From positions 9,240,001 through 9,304,000 of the forward strand of contig NC_045698.1 of NCBI RefSeq assembly GCF_009834535.1: DNA of 64,000 bases. Reading direction: 5' to 3'. How positions within the stretch are numbered: the stretch's first letter is position 1; every line of letters begins with the position of its first letter. Below are positions 1 through 13,105 of the stretch, piece after piece. The translations under genes were made by a program, and so were the position numbers. The notes beneath the pieces are model-generated. The model searched no databases. It was given only the letters and a program-made list of their open reading frames with translations, and was not told the origin of the DNA. The stretch is from Camelus ferus (taxonomy: Eukaryota).

Positions 1-214
1 GAGTAGTTCCTACAGATCACACAGGGCTGGGGATATTCTGACACTCAGCAAGAAGAGGAGAATAAGCTTTCTAGTAATTTGTGTATTGTGTAAACTCTTC
101 AGAAAGTTAATAGCTAAATTCTAGCCTAAAATCTGCTTCAGACTTGCCCTAAAAAAAACTTTTTTAGCTTCAGAAGTGATAACAGTTATCCCAAGTAATT
201 TACACACCAGAATG

Positions 215-470
215 GCCCCAAATGAGGAACGTAAATGACCAGTTTTAGAAACACACAGCACAAGCACATTAACACCAAATGAAGCATAAAAAAGGAAGTA
301 AGTGTAAGTGCAGAAACCAATGAAGTATAAAACAGAAAAATAGTAGGAAAAAACCAGAGATATCAAAAGATCACTAGAAAAAAATCAATAACAATAAACA
401 TCTAGCCAGACTGATCAGAAAAAACGAGAGAAGAAACTTATCATCAATACCGAGAATGTAAGAGGGCATG
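215..470 (+). mobile_element. Old L1 (L1M) ORF2 fragment
   Basis: A-rich tract with L1 ORF2 motifs 'gcagaaaccaatgaa', 'aaacatctagccagactgatcag' and 'aatgtaagagggcat'. Confidence 0.75.
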
Positions 471-952
471 TCTCTTCTTAGGCACAGTTCACACCTTCGC
501 ATATGCATTCTGCTTTGTCTCATATCAAGGTTGTGACCCATGATGGCTTTTTGTTTCCATTTACCTGGTTAATGCTATTCTTCATTCCTTTATTTTGCAC
601 TGAAATCACTGAACCACTTTATTTTAGGTGTGCCTCTTGTTAACAGTATATAGTTATTTGCCACCTTTTTTTTTTTTTTTTTTTGGTGAGGTGTCTACTG
701 AGGTCTTTAACTCATTTTTTAATCTGGCTGATTTCGCATTGTTCAGTTTTAAGAATTCTTTGTATATTTACAATAATAGTCCTTTATCTCTTGTGTCTTT
801 TGCAAATATTTGCTCCTGGTCTATGATTCACCATTTCACTCTCGTGATAATACCCTATAAGCACATCAGACGTTTTGAGTTTTAATGAAGTCCAGTTATC
901 TGTTATTTCTTTCATGGTACTGCCTATGATGTTGCATGTAAAAAATCATCAC

Positions 953-1205
953 TGTATTGACTGATGCCCTTATCAGGAAAGGAAGAGACACCAGGAATGC
1001 CCATGCAGAGAGGAAAGCCATGTAAAGCCACAGCAAGAAGGTAGCTTAACATCACAAGTTAAAGGCGGAGGCCTCAGGAGAATTCAAATCTGCCAAGATT
1101 TTGTTCTTGGACTTTCAGCATTCAGACCTGTGAGAAAATACACTTCTGTGTTTAAGCCACTCAGACTATGACATTTGGTTAGGGTAGCGCTAGCAGACTC
1201 ATACA
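953..1205 (+). mobile_element. MaLR LTR fragment (MLT1A/MLT1B-like)
   Basis: 'gaagagacaccagg...gccatgt...gcctcaggaga...cttggactttcagc...ctgtgagaaaata...tttaagccac...ctagcagactcataca' follows the MLT1 3' half. Confidence 0.85.
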
Positions 1206-1263
1206 ACTCCTATTATTTCTCCTAAGAGTTGTTTAATTTAGCTCTTACATTACGATCCATTTT

Positions 1264-1430
1264 GTTTGAAGTATAGTCAGTTTACAATGTTGTGTCAGTT
1301 TCTGGTGTACAGCACAACACTTCAGTCATACAGGAACATACATATATTCGTTTTCATATTCTTTTTAGCCATAAGCTACTACAAGATATTGAATATAGTT
1401 CCCTATGCTATACAGTATAAACTTGCTGTT
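1264..1430 (-). mobile_element. Young (camelid-type) L1 3' UTR end with 16-bp TSD
   Basis: 'gaagtatagtcagtttacaatgttgtgtc...atattgaatatagttccctatgctatacag'; flanked by cattacgatccatttt (1248-1263) and cattatgattcatttt (1431-1446). Confidence 0.9.
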
Positions 1431-3704
1431 CATTATGATTCATTTTGAGTTAATTTTTCTACAAGATATGAGGGCTAGTGAAGGTTCTTTTTTTTTTTAA
1501 ATGGGTATCTGGTTGTTCCAGCATCACTCATTTAGTAGTCAGATCTTTCCTCACTTAAATATTGCAACACTTATCAAAAATCAATTGACCATACATTAAG
1601 GGTTTATTTCTGGACCCCCTCCCCCCCCAATTCTAAGCCATTAATCTCTGCGTCTATTCTTATCACAATGTATTCATTCCTGCGGTTTTAGGTAAATTTT
1701 GATATTGGAAAATGTGAGTACACCAATTTTTTCCTCTTTTTTTTTTTTTATACTTTTTCATCAATATTGTTTTGCCTTCTGATCCATTTAAATTTATATG
1801 AATTTTAGAATCAGTTTGTCAATTTATCCAAAAAGGGCAGCTGGCATTTTCATGGGGAGCTTGTTGAATCTGTAAATCACTTTGAGTGGTCCTGTCATCA
1901 TATGCATAACTCCTTTTACATGTAACTGCATAGGTGTTGCTAGAATTTTGTTGAGGATTTTGATGAGGTCTTAGTTTTCTTTCCTTGTGATGTGTTCATC
2001 TGGTTTTTGTAAATCCATGTGATACTGGCCTCATTGAATTAGTTTAAAAATACTCTACACACTTTGATTTTTCAGGAGAGTTTTTAAAACACTGACGTTA
2101 ATTCCTCTTTAAACACTTGGCATAATTCACAAGTGAAGTTACCTGACTGGGAATTTCCTTGTGGGATTTAAAAAATTTTTCCCTTTATCTGTTATATATT
2201 ATGTTCTAGTTTTTCTTTAGTAACTTTCACAGAGGTCAATTACAGCAGTCAAACAAATGTCTTAAGTTTTCAGGACAATCCTGCAAAAATATATAGTACA
2301 TCAATTTCAATGTCCCTCTTCCCCAGAGCTCTTAAAGCTTTATTAAAGTCACACCAGCTCCTCAGATAGACAGTTGCAAAATAGCAAAACCCAATGTTCT
2401 TCACATTGAAGGACTTTCCTTGTTTTCACAAAGCTAAAGCTCTATCTCCCTTTATCTCGAAGTCTGAGTATTTGCTTCCAATTTTCTACATGACATTTGC
2501 ATCTTTATAGATTCCATTCTTGGCTTATATCACTGAATACCATGCATTGCATTTCAGCTTCTGAGAGAACTAAAAAAGCCATTGTTTGAGAAATTGAAAT
2601 GTTTAGAAAATGTGTTTTCTTATTTTAGTAATGCAACTCTAGGGGGCACAGCCATATATTCAGGTCTTCAGAAGAATGCAAGATAGACCAGTCTCACCGA
2701 GGGATTTCTGTGGAGGAGTGTTGCTTGGTAACTATACTTTATGACTACAAAGATGAATGAATCTGTTCTTATTCCATGCATATAAATTTTAATGTTATCT
2801 CTGGTCATGGAACAATGAATATGCCAGCAGCTGAGGATTCTCACCACTGACCCATTAGTGCCCTCAACTCTGATTACAAAATATAAAACTTTCCAAAGTA
2901 TATTATAGCTGTGACTTTATATTAGCTGACACTGGTGCTCAGACAGGCTTGCTAAATTACTTGTAGATATTAATGTAAATTATTGCTGATTTTAAGTGTG
3001 GTGGCCATCCAATGATTTCATGTTCTCACTCCTTGGACTTAAAGGCAACTCAATTTAATGACTTCCTTATGGGGAAATCAAATTCTGTTAAAAATGTCAT
3101 ATTCCCCTTTTCTTATTAGACATTGCGATCAATAATTGTGGAGAGCTATGTTTATCTCATCTACTTTACATATGCAGACCAAATGAGTATTCTGAATGCA
3201 TAATTAATTTTCACAGCAACTAGCTGTGTTTGTTCTGGGCCAGCTTAGTTCTTCCAGTCAAACTCAGATTTATTTACTTGTTAAAAGGACAGAAAAGAAA
3301 CTTTAAAATTTCTTGAATGTGTTTATACATGGCCCTCCATAAGTCTCAATGATTTCTCAATTGCCTTGAGAAAATGGATGTTTGCATGTCCCCATTATTT
3401 TGATTGCCAATGGCAAAATGATCAACAATCTACCATTTAGATAATTGATGTGTGTGCATTTTAACTCTAAGAATACCAATTTTGTAAAGAATAGCACATA
3501 TTAATTGAAAGTTAATGTCTTAGCCAATACCTTTCCTCTTCCAGGTACAGCTCCCTAGCTGTCTATGGTCTAGCAGTGATCAGCATTGTGATGTCAAGAA
3601 AGTTAACTCACTAGTTTGATGAAGTAATGACAAACAATTTGATGTTCACTGGCCCCAGTGACTCCATTTATTTTTATTGTTGTGTTTGTTTGCTTATGTG
3701 TTTA

Positions 3705-3800
3705 TTTGGAGTTAGCTTCCCAGGTTGCACAGGAAGGGAGGAACAGCCCTCAAAAATCCCACTCTGTCAGTCAGGCTTCAGTCAGTACAGACATTTCATC
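3705..3800 (-). mobile_element. Possible MER21-like LTR fragment
   Basis: 'ggagttagc...cacagg...cccact' loosely resembles MER21; highly diverged. Confidence 0.3.
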
Positions 3801-4999
3801 CATTGACTATTCCAGACTTGACTACACGGAGTGTCTGTGATGGGCTTATGACATCCTACTTTAGCTGACATCACAAACAAGAGTGGGGACTAGTGAATTG
3901 AGATTCTTGAGAGCACTGGGGTGGACTGTAATTTAGTGGTTCTTCATAAACTGTAACACTGAAGTTCAAAGCCTCAAATGTTCCTTCCACGTGGACGCTG
4001 ACCTTGGTCTCGTGACTGGCCTTGGGCAATGGAAACTAAACAAACACGACAGAAATGGAAGGTTGGTAAGCATTTCGGCACGTGTACTTGGAGCTTGTTT
4101 TTCTTTGGAATGTCCTTGGGATCTAATTAATTTAAAAAGAAGCCCATTATAACACAGGAAGGAACCAAGAGAGACAGTCACCCCAGACTTCCAGCTGTCC
4201 CCACTAAGGTACAAAGAGGCCGTTTCATGTTCCAGCATGAGCCGTTATTTAATTGCAGCTGCACAAAAGACGCCAAATGAGTCCAGCAGAAGAATCAACT
4301 TAAAAAATAATATAAGAAATAATTAGTTTATCTTAGATTAAGCCATTCAACATTATGTTTCATTGGGAACCATACAGACTGTCTCATTCATAGCAAACAA
4401 AGTACTCTAATTAAATACAACCTTATATACAAATATATGAACTTTAAAACCATTTCTGCATCCTTTTTTCTTGCCTTTGTCTGCTTACAGTTGTATACTT
4501 AAGATCCCGATTGGTCAGAATTCACGTAGGAATAATTCATAAAGCAAATGATCCAGTTCTTCCATTTCAAAATAAAAGTTTAAACTAATCACAATGCTTG
4601 GAAAGTTTATTATCCCTACAGAAGCAACTCTTTTAGAGAAATGCAGCTAAATTTTATATAACAATATTTATCAAGAATGGATTCAATGATCCAATTTATT
4701 ATGAGTCAATCAAATTCACTTCTGTATTTAAATCCAAAGGAGTCTATTATCTGTGGGGCTATATTTGGTTGTAGTCTTTTACTTGATTAGATTTTTTGTT
4801 GAGAAAAACATACATTAAATGTGTACTAACAGATATATAAGATAGTAAAATGAAATAATTTTACTGTCTTGTTCAACCAATGTAAATCGGTTTTAAAAAG
4901 TTTGAGCTTGAAATAGAAAACAGTGACAAATTAGAAATGCATTTCAGTGACTTTTTCTAAAATAAGTCTTAATCAAACACAGCATTCATGCTGGAAAAT

Positions 5000-6420
5000 A
5001 CAGAAATCATAGGTAAGCAACTTGATACATTTTCTCAAAATAAACTCATCTTTTAACAGATCAAAAGATAGACATCTTCAGTACCTGAAGACATTGTAGT
5101 AAATAACCTCAAACTTCCCCAAAGATAACAACTGTCCTGCTTTTACATGGCCTAATTTAGTTTTATTTAATTTTTATTTTATAATACACTTTTGTTTAGC
5201 ATTTATTTTTTACTCTCAATATATGTTTGAGTCTTACACTTAAACTTACAGCCATTTTGTGCAGCAATAATTGTTCATTTTAATTCTGTGTATTACTCCA
5301 TAGTAATAATTTACCTTAAATTATTCACCAATTTTAATGATTGTTTTAGTCAGTGATTTTAATTTATGAGGATACCATAAAAATTGTCTTTTGTACAAAT
5401 GTGTACTCACTTCTTTTCTGTATATGCCAAGGATTAGAATTTCTAGATCTTAGAGTGTTAATATACGTAACTTCAGTGCATATGCCAAAACATTCTCCAG
5501 AATGTCTGTACCAATGTTTGCTCCAAACAGCAGTGTATGAGATGTCCAGTTGCTTCACATCCTCACCAACACTTGAATCTGTCAGTGTTTCTCCAAATCA
5601 ACTAATTAAAGTACAATTTACCTAAAATAAAATGTTCACATTTTAAGTGTACAATTCAGATTTTTGACAAACATATACACCTATGTAATCACCATCTCAA
5701 TCAGTATGGAGAACATTTCTGTTGCCCAACAAGTTTCTTCATGGGCTGTCCCACCGCCAACCCCAAGTAACCAATATTTGGTTTTTATGATAATTTATTA
5801 CTTTTGCCTGTTATCAGACTTCATAGGAATGGAATTATACTGTATATGCTCTTTTGTGACTGCCTTATTTTCCTCAGCAAAGTGTTTTTAAGATTAATAT
5901 GTGCTGTTACGTTTATGCAATTCATTCATTTCTACTTGTGAGTAAGATCTCATTGTATGGATATACTATAATTTATTTTATCTATTTATCTGCAAATAGA
6001 AATTTGAGCAATATCCAGTTCAAAGTCATTATGAAAAAAAGAAACTTCTATAAACAGTTGTATATGTGCTTTGTGCAGATATGGTTTAGGTTTTCTTGAA
6101 TAAATGTAGGAGTAGAATTAATCTGAGTCACTTGGTAAGTGTATGCTTATGTACGTGTCTAAGAAATTGATGAACTCTTTTATGAAATGGTTGTAATGTG
6201 CACTTTCACCAGGAATGTGTGAATTTTAGTTGCAATAATTCCTCATCAACATGGCTAGACTATAATTTTAACTAACTAGTGGATGTGAAATGGTACGTCT
6301 GCATGATTTTAATTTGAACTGGACTAAAAATATTGAGCATATTAAGCATATTGCATGCCCATATTGGTCATTCATATTTTCTTTTATAAAATATGTTTCA
6401 ATATTTTGCCCATTATATAT
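5000..6420 (-). mobile_element. Ancient L1 (L1ME-like) 3' region, multiple nested pieces
   Basis: 'catcctcaccaacactt', 'ttttaagtgtacaattca...tttgacaaacatatacacctatgtaatcaccatc', 'cattgtatggatatac', 'aaatggttgta', 'cctcatcaaca'. Confidence 0.8.
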
Positions 6421-6449
6421 TTGTGTATATATGTGTGTGTATGTGTATG

Positions 6450-6897
6450 AACATTTCTTTACACTAACAATGAAATATCAGAAAAGGAAAGTAAAGTGTG
6501 GAGGGTATAGCTCGAGTGGTAGAGAGCATGCTTAGCATACACTAGCTCCTGGGTTCAATCCCCAGTACCTCCATCAAATAAATAAATAAATAAACCTAGT
6601 TACTTACCCCCCAAAACAAATAAATAAAATTAAAAAAAAGAAAAGAAAAGGAAAGGAAAGAAACAATTCTTTTTAAAATTGCATCCAAAAAATAAAATAC
6701 TCAGGAATAAGTCTGACCAAGGAAGTGAAAGACTTAAATATGGAAAACTACAAAACATTCATTAAGGAAATTAAAGATGACTTAAAGAAATGGAAAGATA
6801 TCCCATGTTCTTGGATTGGAAGAATAAATATTGTTAAAAAGGACATACTACCCAAAGCAGTCTACAGATTTAATGCAATCCCTATCAAGCTACCCAG
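6450..6897 (+). mobile_element. L1 ORF2 internal fragment, relatively young, interrupted by a SINE
   Basis: ORF 6725-6910 translates to [54 protein letters not shown], the L1 ORF2p motif just downstream of the RT domain. Confidence 0.95.
6497..6643 (+). mobile_element. tRNA-derived SINE (camelid vic-1-like), long form
   Basis: 'ggagggtatagctcgagtggtagag' A-box, 'gggttcaatccc' B-box, A-rich tail; TSD agaaaaggaaagtaaag (6480-6496) / agaaaaggaaaggaaag (6644-6660). Confidence 0.9.
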
Positions 6898-9499
6898 AGC
6901 TAAGTTTTGAAATTATAGGAATGTACATCCTGGGTAGAACTGTCCAATTTAGAAAGAAGTTGGTACAGCCACTAGTACATAGATGATTTTTAACGTACTC
7001 CGACTGTGTGACCCTACCATATCTCACTCTGGCACGTGCAGAGGCATATAGTTTGATATACCTTCAGATAGGATATTAGAACAGTGAAAAATTTAAGTAA
7101 TTACATGTTACTTGGAAATGTGTGGCACCCTTTCATAAAAGCAAGTGGAAGATACGTCTCTCAATCAACTTGCACTCAATTTAGCTCTGAAAAGACAAGC
7201 TCAGATATCAAGCTATTAATGGAAATTGGGATATTTAATCAGATATTCACTGAAGGGAAACAAAAAGACTTAAGCAAGGCCCGGATGCTGCACATTTATC
7301 ATTCACCTAAATCATCTGAGCACAGGCATGTCTTCAATATCCCTGGAAAGAGAGATACTCATGCAGTGGGAGAGTCTTCCCAGCTTCATTTACATTTCAG
7401 GTATCTGGATTTCTGACTTGCATACTACTGAAGTGGAAATCAAGCAGGGTTTTTTTCTTTTCCCCTGTTTTTCTTCTGGTTGCCCACCTTCCTCTAAATA
7501 TAAATAAGTTGTTCTAATGCACTTGACAATTTCCAGAAATAGGTATTTGGACTGAACTCTGTCCTGGTTCTAGAAACATAATTTTGATTCAAAAAATTGC
7601 TTCAGAGATCAATGATTTGTTGGGTTTTTAAAAAAAAACAAACTGTTGATTTGGGTCTGATCTTCCAGTAGTCATTCTAACGAACACTGTGTTTCTTAAA
7701 AAGAGTAGGACACACGGCATTTAGCTTTGCAAATGCTAAAAGGAATATACAGTTGCCAACCAGAGAATTTCAAGGCTTAGCTGGTAAAAAATTTATGACT
7801 CCATCTAGATTACATGAATAAAAATTTGTGGTTGATATTGAAAACATTGGAAGACAAAAGTTAGAAGGGTGGAATATCAGAATGGAACTATTTTGGTAAT
7901 TATTATTAACTACACTTTTTCCTAGAAATTTACTGTAGAAAGAAGTTAATTTGATGGTTTAATTTGCATATTTAATGTTGTTATTTGGATGTATTGCCTA
8001 ACAGCTAATTAAAAAATTAAATTATATGGCTAAAGTTTTAACTAAGAAACAGGGTAGGAAATGAATTGTTGGCCTATTTTAAAATGTGTCTTCAATATTT
8101 ATTTAATTAATGTTCTATTTTGATTCATTTCTTTGTTTTTGAAAAGGAAAGGTTTTACAGTCCCAAGAGGAGGTAGTGGTTGCTAGTGGATCAGTCACCT
8201 CAAAAGGCAGACACAGTTAGCTCCCCCCAAATTTTGGTCTTTCTCTCACGAGGCTGCCACACATGTAATTGACAATAGGCTTAGATTTTAATCACAATGG
8301 ACTTAAAGCAAAAATGTGCTGAGAGATACTGTCTTATTGTTGTTAATATTTCAAAGTGGGGAGGATGTGATAATAAAATAAGTCATAAAGGAAACTCGTT
8401 TCACCATAGAGATCCATTATATTTTTTCCATGAGAAAGACTTGATTAATTTTATTAATAAAACTGTAAGGAGTGTGAAATCCATTTGGCCACATTGTGCA
8501 GGGAGAGAGACTTTGAATTTGGAATGTTCATGCTGCAGATCCACGTGTCTCTTGGCTTCTTAAATCATCTAAGATTGCCCTAATTTAACACTCCTGTATT
8601 GCATTGCAAATATTTGTTTATGATTATTCACATATACATACATATACATGACAGTTATAGTGATGTAATGCTTAATGAAAGAGTGAAAGATGATAAGAAG
8701 GAAGGATGTATGAATATTATATGATTCTTTTAAGAATATTTGGAAATAAGCAATAATACTTCCCCTTTCCCTAAAGAAACACAAAAAGATTCTATAATGT
8801 GTCTAATTAAACACATAATAGTGGTGACACTGATGCAGGTTTTAGGTATTTTGGTGGCTAATATGGCATCAATTCATTTGAACAATGTCGCTTTACTATC
8901 TCTACTTCCTTGTTATGGTTTCATTAATTATGCTTTTGTAAGTCGTGATACAGAAAGTCTAATATTTCCTTAGTGGTTGGGAACCCTCTTCATATTGAAA
9001 AATGTCCAGTCTTAATCATGTCTTGCCTTCTTAGCCTTTTCTTTCCCTGCAACAATACTAATACAAGCTTAAATGACAATAGGAAGGTAATGTAATTTGA
9101 AATATGATTCAAATCACTCAGTCTCTCAGTCATCTCTACAGATTTCCACATAAACAAATTTAGCATAGTGTATTATTTTTAATTTTATTTTTACTTTTTC
9201 TACTAAATGATGATGTTTGACAATACAGAAAGCAGTTTTAACTAGATTTGCACATTTCAAATTGGACTAGTCTCAGTTTGGGGTCTAAGAAGGGTACAAA
9301 ACTGACATCACTTACAATAATTACTGGATTAATACTCTCCTAGAGACTCAATAGTAATGAATTATTACCTAGGTATATTTATCATTGTGAAGATTTATCA
9401 TAATGTAAAAAAGCTGAATTAATTTTTTTCATTTTGTAAAAGACTCAATATTCAGGTTATAAGCAAGACTTCATTTTTCATTAATTTGTCACTACTTTT

Positions 9500-9812
9500 G
9501 AAGAATTCCCCTCCTTGTGTGTTTGACCAGGAGGGTAGCAGCTGCTGTGACCTTTTCTGAGGCCTGACGTTGGCGCTGTACCAGGGGCGGTGTCCAGGGT
9601 CCAAGTCTGCCTGCTGTGTGATGCCAGCTGGATGACCCACTCTCTGGATGCTTCCTGTGGAGTGATTAGGTCTGTGGACCTGGCTTACCAGCTTCTTGAA
9701 ACATGCTTGTTTTCCAAAAGGGTTCTCCAGCCATCCTCGTTATTCTGTGAGCTGTCCTGTGTCTTTCTCAATCTACCTTTTCGTGTTTAATCCAGGCAGA
9801 GTTGGTTTTGAA
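9500..9812 (+). mobile_element. ERVL LTR fragment (LTR33-like)
   Basis: GC-richer tract ending 'tattctgtgagct...ccttttcgtgtttaatccaggcagagttggtttt', similar to the LTR33/LTR16 3' end. Confidence 0.55.
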
Positions 9813-9815
9813 AAG

Positions 9816-10090
9816 TGTGTTTTTTCCCTCTGGCCGCCACAACAAATCGTTACATGCTCAGTAGCATAAAACTACAGAAATTTACTCTCTCACGGTTCTA
9901 GAGGCCAGAAATCCAAACTCAAGGTGTCATCAGGGCCATAATTCTGCGGAAGACTCTGGGGGAGGACCCTTCCCTTCCAACTCTTGGTGGCTCCACGCTT
10001 TCCTTGGCTTTTCTACGTCCATGACCCTAAACTCCACTTCTGTGTTCACGTTGCTTCCTCCTCATCATAAATCTGTGTCTTTCCTCTCCT
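9816..10090 (-). mobile_element. MaLR LTR (MLT1C/D-like)
   Basis: 'cagaaatttactctctcacggttctagaggccagaaatccaaactcaaggtgtcatcagggcca...ttccttggctt' is an antisense MLT1 signature. Confidence 0.85.
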
Positions 10091-10129
10091 TTTCCTCTCT
10101 CTCTTTTTTTCTTTTTTCTTTTTTTTGAA

Positions 10130-10205
10130 AAGTTTTTAATTATGATTAAAAAAAAAGGTAACATAAAATTTACCATCTTAGCCATTTTTATGTATACATT
10201 AGTGT
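10130..10205 (-). mobile_element. L1MB-like 3' terminal fragment
   Basis: 'aacataaaatttaccatcttagccattttt' following a poly-T tract. Confidence 0.65.
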
Positions 10206-11739
10206 CAGGTAGAGTCATATGTTTGTGTAATCAATTTCATTTGCTTTGTTTTATTGTAATCCCAAATTGGCCTTCTCAAATGTCTTTTACTCAGTACATA
10301 TTATTTTAACAATGTCACTCAAGAAATAATCCAAATGGTGCCATATACTTACACAGCACTTAATATCCAATCAAAAATGAATTATATTTTCAAAATTTTA
10401 TTTTTGAATATTTGCAAACTTCACAGTCTTATTGGTAGATCATGTTTATTATTGGAGTGGCTTTGACCTATGAAAGGAGGCTTATTTTATATACAAATTA
10501 AATCTGGACACTTACTCATTTATATCACTTTATCTGAGATTTTGCAATGTTTGAAAATGCACAAGTATAATATGCATAATGTGCATTGTGGTCTTTATAT
10601 CTGAGATGTTCAATTACAAATAATTGACTATAACCTTAATATTCCCTCTTCATATGTATATGTATATATGTATATACGTATATATATGAAACACATGACT
10701 TCAGAAGCGCTGCTTTCCTCTGCCTGTCATCTACAGACTACTTTAGTACTAGCTGGTATATGTGAATGGGACCATGTCACGCTGTGGTCTTACAAAGACA
10801 GTAACCACCTTGCAGTAGAAGCAGGCTCATCAGCTGTCAGCTGCTGGCAAGTCAGACAGGTGCAAGTATTCTCTCTGCATTAACATCTTGCAAAAATGAG
10901 CCTTGATAATTAAAAGGTTGGCCACTGTGACATGCAATTCTGGAAGACTGTTGAACATTTTTTGAGACAGTGTAATTTATAAATAAGAAGCATTTGTTAC
11001 TGCAGACAGCCTTGGGGTACACATTCATTTCCCCCTGACAAGTAGTATACGGATGCAAAGGCTTCATTCATTAGCATTGTTCACAAAATGTTACTTTATG
11101 CTTAAAAGTAAGATAAATGCATACAAGTCATGAAGATAGAATGACTTAATCAATAACCTCCTAATATAGAAAGTGATTTTAGATAGAAGAAGTCTGCCAA
11201 AATGTGTAATTTGCTTTCTATATCCAAAGATTTTAAATTGTTTAGATGACTTCAAAAGGAAGATGTGTTGATCAGTACTGAACTGGATTAAAGTGTATGT
11301 TTTTATAGTTTAATAAATAGATGTTCAAACTTTGCAGAAATGAATTACTACTCTAACATGAGAAAGAATCTAAATATTGTAGTAAGTCCAAATTTCACTA
11401 GAGAGTTAAAATGTCGCTTTCCTCCAGCTCATTCAGCATCACTTTATTTGAAAAAATTCTTCAATAACTTGTGTGTTTTAAGACCCATTGGCAACTTTAC
11501 TTTTCAAATCAGTTTCCATACATTCAATACTTATTTTAATCATTTAAAATTTAAATTAGAATAAAATTTTAAATTTAAATTTTAAAGTTTGAGAATAGTC
11601 ATTCATAAATATAGAAATATACTATATTGTTATAATCATAGTTTTCCATATATGTTTATTTGATCAATAAGTCAAGTTTTTTTAATGAGTAAACTAAGAA
11701 AGGTTATTTTTTGAAGTACTGTAGCAATTGCATTGAATT

Positions 11740-12545
11740 AAACAAAATAACATCACCAGCCCTCTCGTAACTTACATTCTAGAGTGAAAGACAGGGGACA
11801 AACTCAAAATTATGAAATGTATACTATGCAGATGACAGTAAGTGCTATGGTGAAATAGAAAAGGACAATAAAAAGGACTCTAGGTGGGCAGTGTGACTTC
11901 AAATTCAAATATGCCGGGCTGCATTGGTTGAATTAGGGAGATATATTTGAGCAAAGATTTGAAAAAAAATAAAGATATTTATGAGATATGGACATCTGGA
12001 GAAGAGTGCTCCAAGGAAAGGGACCCGCAGTAGCAAACAACCTGAAGTCACGGCATTGCTTAGCATGCCGAGAAAAGACATAAAAGGCTACAGTCGTTAG
12101 AACTGGATGAAAGGGGAGGGGTGGACGGAGAGAGAGTAGAACGAGGACGGACAAGGACTATTGCAAAAATAGAGATTTTACTTGGTAAAATCAGCTGGAA
12201 AACTGATTTTGAGCTTACAGACCTTACGTCTCTTCTCTTTGGATTATGCTGGCTGCCCTTGAGGCAGTGGACTGGGTGTGGGGGCGGGAGAGTTGAAACA
12301 GAAAGACAAAGTGATTTCAACCTGCCCAGTGAGGCATGAAGGCTATATTGACTCAGGTAGTAATGATTGCGTGGTTAGAAGGGGCTAAATTCTGAATAAA
12401 GTTTGAAAGTATCTTATTGCTAGGAAGTTTTGCCGACTATGAGGTGGAAGGGGAAAAAATTAGTCAAAAATGACTCTATCATTCCATTTACAAATAATGA
12501 AAAGATGAACAGGATTGAGGAGTAAATTCATGAATGCAATCTAGA
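11740..12545 (-). mobile_element. L2 LINE fragment
   Basis: 'cttacattctag', 'taagtgctatg', 'tttgagcaaagatttgaa', 'ggattatgctggctgc' are typical antisense L2 motifs. Confidence 0.75.
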
Positions 12546-12639
12546 AATAAAATACACAAGTGTGCAAATACAGATAGATACATACCCTGTCTGTACATCT
12601 ATCTGTGCCTTGAATTCTCTACCTACTGCACCTCTAATC

Positions 12640-12730
12640 CTCTCTCTGTTTGCTTCTATATGTACAGATCTTAGCACAATGTCTGGGCCTGGAAGACAAC
12701 CTATAATTGTTGAATAAATGCTGAATGCCT
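12640..12730 (+). mobile_element. L2 3' end
   Basis: 'cttagcacaatgtctgg...ttgttgaataaatg'. Confidence 0.6.
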
Positions 12731-12909
12731 ACATATCACGTGCAATTAGGTTAGTACTGCAATGAAAGTGTAGGAACATATAACCTAATTTTTGAACTAT
12801 ACATAGAATTTTCCTATAGTCTTTTAGAAACTAAATTTTAACAGTCACTAGATACATTCATGGAAAATTTCAATGTCTTTATTGAGGGAATTATTGGGAG
12901 TATGTTATT

Positions 12910-13105
12910 GCTCTGTATTGAAGAGGGATGTCTGAGTCCCAGGTTATGCTTCTTACTAATTGTGTGAGCACATCAAATTACTTAATCTTTTTGAGATACT
13001 ATTTCCTTATTTTGAAAATAAGAGTAGCAATATTGCTAGGTTTTTTCTAAGGTTAGAGTGCTTATATGATATGCATCTGACACACAGCAGGCAACCAATA
13101 GATTA
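12910..13105 (+). mobile_element. MIR SINE
   Basis: 'cttactaattgtgtga...aaattacttaatctttttgag...tttccttattttgaaaat' MIR core. Confidence 0.7.

Larger units (their letters stand above)
550..2170 (-). mobile_element. Old L1 (L1M) ORF2 fragments, interrupted by an MLT1 LTR and a young L1 3' end
   Basis: Antisense L1 motifs 'ttttgcaaatattt', 'ttttaatgaagtccag', 'atcaattgaccatacat', 'ttttagaatcagtttgtcaattt', 'gaattttgttgaggattt', 'aattcacaagtgaag'. Confidence 0.8.

Noticed and set aside
10736..10859. Possible coding exon (acceptor 'tctacag', donor 'cag|gtgcaa') within ORF 10668-10883
   Set aside because: Weak donor and no recognisable protein similarity; better explained as enhancer-like DNA.
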